A stretch of DNA of 64,000 bases from a virus (Duplodnaviria > Caudoviricetes): positions 90,413 to 154,412 of IMG/VR virus record IMGVR_UViG_3300001598_000033. One strand, 5' to 3'. Below are positions 57,796 to 64,000 of the stretch, in pieces. The notes under the pieces were generated by a model that was not told where the DNA came from, did not search any database, and saw only the letters and a list, made by a program, of their open reading frames with translations. Each line of letters starts with the position of its first letter. The stretch's first letter is position 1. Position numbers and translations under genes: made by a program.

Positions 57796-59971
57796 GCAAA
57801 AATATATACATACAAGTCTGTTACATTATGGTGTTGATCACCCTATGCAAACAGATGAAATAAAAGAGAAAAGAAATAAAACATGCTTAGAAAAATACGG
57901 TTGTGAATCTTTTTCATCATCAGCTGATGGCCGTGCAATAATTTCTAAATCTCGAAAACTAGAGCAGGAATATGATGGTGATTTTTATGATTTTCAAACA
58001 ACTAAAAATTTTTGTTTAAATATTGATAACAAATATTTAAAATCTGGTGGATATAGGACATTAATCAAAGAAGATAAAAAAATGTATTTTTCTATATTAC
58101 ATCATGCAACTGAAGTTAGTAAGTGTAAAAATGTAACTTTTAGATCATATGTCTGTTTTCTACAAGGTAAAGTAAATGAGTATAAATGCCCAATATGTGG
58201 TGCTTACTATAAGTGGGATATTGCTGAGTTTGTATTTAAGATGCCTTCTACGGATATTCATTATAAGTATGATAGAACACTGGAGTATTATACGAAGATA
58301 TATGGTCGAGAATTAGGCCTTGAAAAATTTAATAATTATAATGAAAAAAGAAAAATAGGTACAGAAAAAAGTAAAAAACAAAAAGTTAATTCCAAGGAAT
58401 ATTATATCAAAAAATATGGCAAAGAACTTGGAGAGAAATTATTTATTGAAAAAACTAATAATAGGTTAAATAAATCAAAAAAGTCATATTCTAAGATATC
58501 TCAGAAATTTTTTAATGAGTTAGTGACAATTTGTGATTTGGATAAAACGAAATGCTATTATGCTACTAATAATTATGAAAAAACTTTTAAATTAACTGAA
58601 GAGTATAAAAATAAATTGCATCAAGATGTAATTAGAACTGATTTCATGATATCTAATAAAGTTATAGAATTTAACGGCACATACTGGCATAAAAACAGTA
58701 TTGAGAAAGATATATACAGAAAACAGTTTTTAGAGTCGCTTGGTATTGATGTATTAATTATATGGGACGATGAGGATTGGGATACAGCTTTACATAGGGC
58801 AAAAGAATTTTTAAATAATAATAGATATCAAATAGAAACATCAGACAAGTATTCTGATTTTATTGGAATTAGAAAAAAAGAAGTTTCAGAAGTTTTAAAG
58901 ATAACATTTGAAAATGGTGATATAACCGTCTCAAAAGATCACAGATTTGTTGTATATGATAAAGAAATTTTTGCACATTCGTTAAAAATTGGGGATGTAA
59001 TAATAACAAAGGATTTATTACCGACTAGAATTATTAATATAGAAACAATCAAAGAAAAAACAGACGTATATGATATCATTAACACTGATAATCATACTTA
59101 TATAGCTAATAATATAGTGAACCACAATTGTGAATTCATTGGTTCATCTACAACATTGGTTAATCCTGATGTATTATCTACATTAACAGCTAAACAACCG
59201 GAGCTGATATGGGATTCTAAATTAAAAATATACCAGGAACCTATACCTAAACATAAGTATATTTTGGATGTAGACCCTTCTAAGTGTTATGGTGATGCTT
59301 TCGCTGTGCATGTTGTTGATATTACTACTAAGCCTTTTATTCAAGTTGCTTCAGCACAGCTATTTGATGAAAATTTCCAGCTAATGCCATCTTTCTTGGA
59401 TGAATGGGGTAGAAGATATAACAATGCATTTATGATTATTGAAAATAATGAAGGTGCAGGTACCTTTGTTGCTATAATGTTGAAGAATGACTATGAATAT
59501 CCTAATTTATTTTATGATAAAACGTATAACAGAATGGCCCCATTAGGTAAGGTTAATAAAGAGCCAGGTTTTAGAACCACATCTAAATCAAGAAATTTAA
59601 TACTAGATACAATGAAGTTGTTTTTAGATAATAACTTACTGGTGATAAATGATAAAGCTACAATTGAGGAATTTTACACATTTATAGCCATAAACGGTAA
59701 GTATCAAGCTGATAATGGGTATCATGATGATATGATTATGTCATTAGCTTTAACATTCGCTCCTTTTTGTAATTCAAGAAACTTTGAGGATATGACTGCA
59801 ATTATAAGTACATTATACAATAAAGATGCAGATGAAGATGTGTTAATCGGTGATTATTTAACTATAGGTAATTTTGATGATTATTCAGATGAAAATGAAT
59901 ATAAAGAAGATAAGAAATGGGATTGGAATAGCTTAGGATGGAACTCTTATAATTTTGGATTTAAAAAGTAG
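57779..59971 (+). CDS. gp17: Fusion: Vsr-like endonuclease (~aa 1-345) + intein C-half (~58820..59128) + terminase nuclease domain (from Cys at 59129)
   Basis: CLEKYG, CPICG, YG.ELG..KF repeats, VIEFNGTYWH; VSKDHRF (block B), VYDII...NIVNHN/CEF; DVDPS, IENNEG, HDDMIMSL. Confidence 0.9.
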   Translation: MKNSRKQKYIHTSLLHYGVDHPMQTDEIKEKRNKTCLEKYGCESFSSSADGRAIISKSRKLEQEYDGDFYDFQTTKNFCLNIDNKYLKSGGYRTLIKEDKKMYFSILHHATEVSKCKNVTFRSYVCFLQGKVNEYKCPICGAYYKWDIAEFVFKMPSTDIHYKYDRTLEYYTKIYGRELGLEKFNNYNEKRKIGTEKSKKQKVNSKEYYIKKYGKELGEKLFIEKTNNRLNKSKKSYSKISQKFFNELVTICDLDKTKCYYATNNYEKTFKLTEEYKNKLHQDVIRTDFMISNKVIEFNGTYWHKNSIEKDIYRKQFLESLGIDVLIIWDDEDWDTALHRAKEFLNNNRYQIETSDKYSDFIGIRKKEVSEVLKITFENGDITVSKDHRFVVYDKEIFAHSLKIGDVIITKDLLPTRIINIETIKEKTDVYDIINTDNHTYIANNIVNHNCEFIGSSTTLVNPDVLSTLTAKQPELIWDSKLKIYQEPIPKHKYILDVDPSKCYGDAFAVHVVDITTKPFIQVASAQLFDENFQLMPSFLDEWGRRYNNAFMIIENNEGAGTFVAIMLKNDYEYPNLFYDKTYNRMAPLGKVNKEPGFRTTSKSRNLILDTMKLFLDNNLLVINDKATIEEFYTFIAINGKYQADNGYHDDMIMSLALTFAPFCNSRNFEDMTAIISTLYNKDADEDVLIGDYLTIGNFDDYSDENEYKEDKKWDWNSLGWNSYNFGFKK

Positions 59972-60020
59972 TATATTAATATTTTTTATTAATATTATTA
60001 TATATAAGAAACTGAAAATT

Positions 60021-60132
60021 TTTTCAAAAAAATTAAAAAAAAAGTGTTGACTTTTATTTTAAAGTATGCTATAATATATACATAAAGATAAGAAATTAAA
60101 GAGAATTAAAGAAAACTTAAGAGGTAATAGAT
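60021..60132 (+). promoter_or_regulatory. Early sigma70 promoter cassette
   Basis: TTGACT(60047)-17 nt-TATAAT(60070); three leader repeat units. Confidence 0.9.
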
Positions 60133-60561
60133 ATGCAAGCACTTGAAATAGTAGATATCACATCACAAGCTAAGGCTATGGTTACTAAGGGATGCCCTAA
60201 GATCCACGGTTATAGAATCGATGCAATGGAAAAGGTTGAGTTAGTGATTGATGCAGATCCTAACAAGTTCGTTACTTACCTACGCGTAACATTAAGCAAG
60301 GGTTGTAATGTAGATACAAATGTTACTCATGCAACTGCTAAGTACCTTAAGCACATTAAGCACTTACACAGCAAAGAACAAGTATCTTTTGAAGTTAGTG
60401 GTACATTTATATTAGCAAAGGTAATGTGTTTATTTACAGTGCCTGATGAAATGAAAGCGAAGTATGCTAAGAAAACTAAAATTGATTTAAAATCAATACT
60501 AAGAATCCTTGAAAAACATCCAGAAATTAAAGATACAATAATTAATGAATTAGGTGCTTAA
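60133..60561 (+). CDS. Hypothetical early protein
   Basis: First ORF behind the promoter. Confidence 0.7.
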   Translation: MQALEIVDITSQAKAMVTKGCPKIHGYRIDAMEKVELVIDADPNKFVTYLRVTLSKGCNVDTNVTHATAKYLKHIKHLHSKEQVSFEVSGTFILAKVMCLFTVPDEMKAKYAKKTKIDLKSILRILEKHPEIKDTIINELGA

Positions 60562-60610
60562 GATTCTTAAGTCAACATCAAGGTTTAGTTAAAATAATTA
60601 AGGAAATTAT

Positions 60611-60850
60611 ATGTTAAAGAAAGTTTTATTTGTAATGGTTGCTGTGTCTTGTTTTGTTACAGGTTGTACTGATAAGGTTGCTTATGTTGGATATTCTGAT
60701 CACGAATGTAAGTATGTTGAAATTAACGGTGAGCCTATGACTTGTGAAACTTTCGATAACGAATTTGAAGTTGTATGGGTTGATGCTTGCCTTATCCCTA
60801 CTGAAGAAGATGGTGTAGAAGCAAGCACCTCATTATGTAACAAGGATTAA
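60611..60850 (+). CDS. Small lipoprotein
   Basis: Signal peptide with lipobox VTGC; Cys-rich mature part. Confidence 0.7.
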   Translation: MLKKVLFVMVAVSCFVTGCTDKVAYVGYSDHECKYVEINGEPMTCETFDNEFEVVWVDACLIPTEEDGVEASTSLCNKD

Positions 60851-60851
60851 T

Positions 60852-61436
60852 ATGGATTATACAAAACTAATTAAATTGTATCCAAATGCTAATAAGGGGG
60901 TGTTACAACACCTTTCCTTAATAGACAAGGAAAATTGGACTACTACTAACAAATTACATTTTTTAGCGCAGTGTGCTCACGAAAGTGCTGGGTTTAGGGT
61001 TCTAAGAGAAAACTTAAATTATAGTGAGCAATCATTAGCTAGGGTCTTTGGCAAGTACTTTAGGGAGTTGAGTGTCAAGGACTATGCGCGCAAACCAGAT
61101 GCTATTGCAGATGTTGTGTATGCTAATAGGATGGGTAATGGTGATGTAAATAGTCATGATGGCTCTCGTTATAAAGGTAGAGGTTTGATACAATTAACCG
61201 GACGTAATAACTACACTAAATTTGGTCATCAAAACGACCCTGAATATTTAGAAACTCCTGAAGGTGCTGTTAAAAGTGCTATATGGTTCTGGATTGTTAA
61301 CGGTTTGCATCAATACAACCAATTTACAGATCTTAAAACCATTACAAAGAAGGTAAATGGCGGATTTAACGGACTAGAGGATAGAGAAAAGCAATTTAAT
61401 AATATTAAAACATTATTTGAAGTATTATCAGGTTAA
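60852..61436 (+). CDS. Glycoside hydrolase family 19 endolysin
   Basis: FLAQCAHESAGF, ENLNYS, YANRMGNG, YKGRGLIQLTG..NY, VNGG.NGL.DR. Confidence 0.92.
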   Translation: MDYTKLIKLYPNANKGVLQHLSLIDKENWTTTNKLHFLAQCAHESAGFRVLRENLNYSEQSLARVFGKYFRELSVKDYARKPDAIADVVYANRMGNGDVNSHDGSRYKGRGLIQLTGRNNYTKFGHQNDPEYLETPEGAVKSAIWFWIVNGLHQYNQFTDLKTITKKVNGGFNGLEDREKQFNNIKTLFEVLSG

Positions 61437-61520
61437 ATTCTGATAGATAATATGTAAATAAAAAATTTAATTATTAGATATTATATTATATAATATTAAT
61501 ATATTTTAAATTATAAGGAA

Positions 61521-62426
61521 ATGAATATGAGTCTAAGAGTTTCTGAAATTTTTTATAGTATTCAAGGTGAGGGTGTCAGAGCAGGCCATCCATCAGTTTT
61601 CATTCGTGTATTTGGTTGTAATTTTAGATGTCCTGGATTTGGTATGCCTAAGGGTGAATTAAGTACAGAACCGGATGAAATTGTTAATGAAGTGTTAGCG
61701 AATCCAAGTAAGTACCCAACTTACGAATCATTACCATTAGCAAAAACAGGTTGTGATAGTTATCCAAGTTGGCATCCAAAGTTAAAGGATTACAGCCCTG
61801 AGTTAACATTTGAACAAATTATTGAAAAAATAGAATCAGTGATTCCAGAAGATGTAAGGAAATCTCAAGTTGATATAGTGTTTACTGGTGGTGAACCTTT
61901 ATTAAGATGCAATCAAATTGCTATAAATGAATTATTAGTGTTTAATGAAGAATATTTTAAAGAATTTAGTTCATTCACATTTGAAACTAATGGATCGCAA
62001 CCATTATTAAGTGGTACAATGGATGTAATCAATAAATTATTAGTAAGGCCTTTAATTGTTAGTATGTCTCCTAAATTAAGTTGTTCAGGAGTTCCAAGAG
62101 CTAAAGCTATTAAACCAAATATTTTAACTGAAATGTTTGAATTCGTAGTAGGTGGATTTGTGTCAAATGCTTATTTAAAATTTGTAGTAAGCCCTGAAGA
62201 TATTGAAGCCCAGTTGGATGAAATAAATGATATTGTATTGAGGATTAAATATTTAATAAATGAATATACAGATGTGGAAATTCCTGTTTACCTAATGCCT
62301 GAAGGTGGTACTGAAGAACGATATAATGAAAATATGAAAAAGATTGCGACTATTGCGATGGATAAGGGATTTAGATTTTGTCCTAGATTACACGTAACAT
62401 TATTTGGTAATAGTTGGGCGTCATAA
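61521..62426 (+). CDS. queE: 7-carboxy-7-deazaguanine synthase (radical SAM)
   Basis: EIFYSIQGEG, GCNFRC...GCDS, FTGGEP, FETNG, SPKL, RLHV. Confidence 0.92.
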   Translation: MNMSLRVSEIFYSIQGEGVRAGHPSVFIRVFGCNFRCPGFGMPKGELSTEPDEIVNEVLANPSKYPTYESLPLAKTGCDSYPSWHPKLKDYSPELTFEQIIEKIESVIPEDVRKSQVDIVFTGGEPLLRCNQIAINELLVFNEEYFKEFSSFTFETNGSQPLLSGTMDVINKLLVRPLIVSMSPKLSCSGVPRAKAIKPNILTEMFEFVVGGFVSNAYLKFVVSPEDIEAQLDEINDIVLRIKYLINEYTDVEIPVYLMPEGGTEERYNENMKKIATIAMDKGFRFCPRLHVTLFGNSWAS

Positions 62427-62432
62427 CGGTTA

Positions 62433-62657
62433 GTGAGGGTTAATATGAATTTTGGTGAAGCATTAAGTGAATTAAAGAAAGGAAAGAAAATAACAACTAA
62501 GGGGTGGGGAGATGCGTATATCAGGCTTCATATACCCAACGATTTAGACACAATTAGTATACCTTACATTTATATGGTATTAAGTTTTAAAGAAAAAATT
62601 GTTTGGATGCCAACACATACTGAAATATTAGATGAAAATTGGAGTGTTGTTGAATGA
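62433..62657 (+). CDS. DUF2829 / Thoeris anti-defence Tad2-like protein
   Basis: MNFGEAL..LKKGKK....GW...PYIYM...W.P...EIL.ENW. Confidence 0.75.
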   Translation: MRVNMNFGEALSELKKGKKITTKGWGDAYIRLHIPNDLDTISIPYIYMVLSFKEKIVWMPTHTEILDENWSVVE

Positions 62658-63223
62658 TAATTGGATTAGCTGGACCTAAAAGGTCCGGTAAGGATTATGC
62701 TTATAATGTTATAAAGAAATATTTTCCATATGTTGAAAGAACTGCTTTCGCAGATCCTATTAAAGAAAAAATATGCAATATATTTAATATTAATAGGGAT
62801 GAACTGGAAAATTTAAAAACCCAAGTTGATTTTTGTATAAAAAATAAAGATAATAGTTATGGTTCATTTACAGGTAGGGATTTAATTGTTGGCATTGGTA
62901 CTTTAATGCGTAGTTATAACGATCATCAGTTTGAAGATTATGTAAAGGAAATAGTAGAATCAAATCCTAATAAACTTTACATATGTACCGATGTAAGGTA
63001 CCAATCGGAAGTAGACCTTATACATTCTTGTCTAGGGGGTGTGGTAGTACAAATACAACGTGATGGGGTTGAATATGAAGGAACTGAAACAGAAAGTGGA
63101 ATTAAAGGCTATGACTATATAATTAAAAACGATTCTGATTACGAAAAAAATTTAATTACATTAGTAGGCAGAATCTTATTAGATTCATTAAACAAAGTAA
63201 ATAAAGAATTAAAGGAATTATAA
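62654..63223 (+). CDS. Deoxynucleoside monophosphate kinase (T4 gp1-like)
   Basis: IIGLAGPKRSGKD, AFADPIK, GT..R, TDVRY..E. Confidence 0.88.
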   Translation: MIIGLAGPKRSGKDYAYNVIKKYFPYVERTAFADPIKEKICNIFNINRDELENLKTQVDFCIKNKDNSYGSFTGRDLIVGIGTLMRSYNDHQFEDYVKEIVESNPNKLYICTDVRYQSEVDLIHSCLGGVVVQIQRDGVEYEGTETESGIKGYDYIIKNDSDYEKNLITLVGRILLDSLNKVNKELKEL

Positions 63224-63787
63224 ATGTATACAGTAGAGAAAACTTTTGAATTTGATTTAGCACATAGAATCCATAACCAGAATTTGGATGGTGATTTTAC
63301 AGAAGGTAAGCCAGTATTAAAGTGCAGAAGATTACATGGCCACACGGCACAATTAAAGGTAAAGCTAGGTTCTGATAAACTAGTGGATGATATGGTACTT
63401 GATTATAATGAAATTGGGTTTGTCAAGAATATGATTAATGATATTTTAGACCATCGTACATTGTTAAGCATAACAGATCCTTTATTTAATAAGGTTGTAA
63501 AGAAAATTCATGATGAATACAGTCAATTTGAATTCAGCACAATTGACACTGGCTGGGATTCATTAAAGGTAAACATCAGTCATATTAGCGATCAGGATAT
63601 TAGAGAGTTTTTAGATGCATTTATTTTAGTACCATTTACTACAAGTTCGGAAAATATATCTAAATGGGTTGCAGACATTGTTAGTAAGAAAATTGAATTA
63701 TATAATTCTAAAAATGATACTAATGTAAAACTTGTAAGTGTATCATATAAGGAAACACCTAAATCAGAAGCTGTATACACAGCATAG
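63224..63787 (+). CDS. queD: 6-carboxy-5,6,7,8-tetrahydropterin synthase
   Basis: FDLAHR, CRRLHGH, MVLDY, LDH, TSSENI, ETPKS. Confidence 0.92.
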   Translation: MYTVEKTFEFDLAHRIHNQNLDGDFTEGKPVLKCRRLHGHTAQLKVKLGSDKLVDDMVLDYNEIGFVKNMINDILDHRTLLSITDPLFNKVVKKIHDEYSQFEFSTIDTGWDSLKVNISHISDQDIREFLDAFILVPFTTSSENISKWVADIVSKKIELYNSKNDTNVKLVSVSYKETPKSEAVYTA

Positions 63788-63840
63788 TAGAAATTTAATT
63801 CAATTGCAGTCGTTACTTCGTATATAAAAAAATTTTAATT

Positions 63841-63909
63841 TTTTGAAAAAATTTTGAAAAAAGTGTTGACTTTTATTTTAAAGTATGCTATAATATATAC
63901 ATAAAGATA
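63841..63909 (+). promoter_or_regulatory. Early sigma70 promoter cassette
   Basis: TTGACT(63866)-17 nt-TATAAT(63889). Confidence 0.9.
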
Positions 63910-63997
63910 AGAAATTAAAGAGAAATTAAAGAGAAATTAAAGAGAAATTAAAGAGAAATTAAAGAGAAATTAAAGAGAAATTAAAGAGAAATTAAAG
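63910..63997 (+). repeat. Tandem array of 8 perfect AGAAATTAAAG units in the promoter's 5' leader
   Basis: Counted directly; followed by AGG, the start of the cassette RBS. Confidence 0.9.
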
Positions 63998-64000
63998 AGG

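Noticed and set aside
400-61500. A distinct middle-promoter class (TTATATAAT-rich stretches before replication genes at ~405, 38620, 43330, 48190, 52480, 61490)
   Set aside because: The -10-like motifs recur, but in DNA this AT-rich I could not define a convincing upstream consensus by eye; needs motif statistics or TSS data.
915-63780. Antisense or alternate-frame ORFs in the track (e.g. 915-1124, 2254-2565, 11302-11763, 17036-17368, 42504-42971, 44909-45268, 57060-57341)
   Set aside because: They lie wholly opposite or within well-supported genes, lack RBSs and have shadow-like Ser/Leu/Phe-rich composition.
63910-63997. Repeat array as a CRISPR array (given the Cas4-like gene)
   Set aside because: Units are 11 bp, contiguous and have no spacers; it is a tandem repeat in a promoter leader.
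1-64000. Stop-codon reassignment as the cause of the fragmented polymerase and terminase
   Set aside because: Core genes are full length in the standard code, the breaks change frame and coincide with intein boundaries, and coding density is high.
1-64000. tRNA, rRNA or integrase/prophage boundary
   Set aside because: No cloverleaf/T-loop motif was seen in intergenic gaps, and no integrase or host genes; not confirmed with tRNAscan.

Overview
This 64 kb window is an AT-rich segment of a lytic T4-like myovirus genome. Its gene content and shuffled order most resemble Campylobacter-type T4-like phages (recognised by eye; the host cannot be assigned, but a spanin pair implies a diderm host). 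Head genes: gp21, gp22, gp23, a gp24-like paralogue, gp13, gp4, gp2, gp17. Tail/baseplate genes: four gp19-like paralogues, gp3, gp6, gp7-like, gp25, two gp26-like proteins and a tape-measure-like protein with a transglycosylase domain. Replication/transcription genes: primase 3' end, gp41, gp43, gp44/62, gp49, gp55, gp33-like. Also present are nucleotide metabolism genes (dCMP deaminase, DHFR, dNMP kinase), 7-deazaguanine genes queE and queD, lysis genes, and early accessory islands driven by a repeated sigma70 promoter cassette. Most striking: (1) the large terminase is broken by an atypically split intein (31-aa IntN) whose IntC is fused in-frame behind a ~345-aa Vsr-like endonuclease; (2) the DNA polymerase is encoded in three pieces, with one plain gp43A/B split plus a split intein in the YGDTDS motif and a related free-standing endonuclease between the halves; (3) a GIY-YIG endonuclease appears to have inserted into the last codons of gp13, leaving a duplicated and recoded C-terminus; (4) several late enzymes carry T4-like capsid-targeting/processing leaders; (5) a queE-Tad2-like-dNMP kinase-queD counter-defence cluster. 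All assignments come from motif recognition only; no searches were run.
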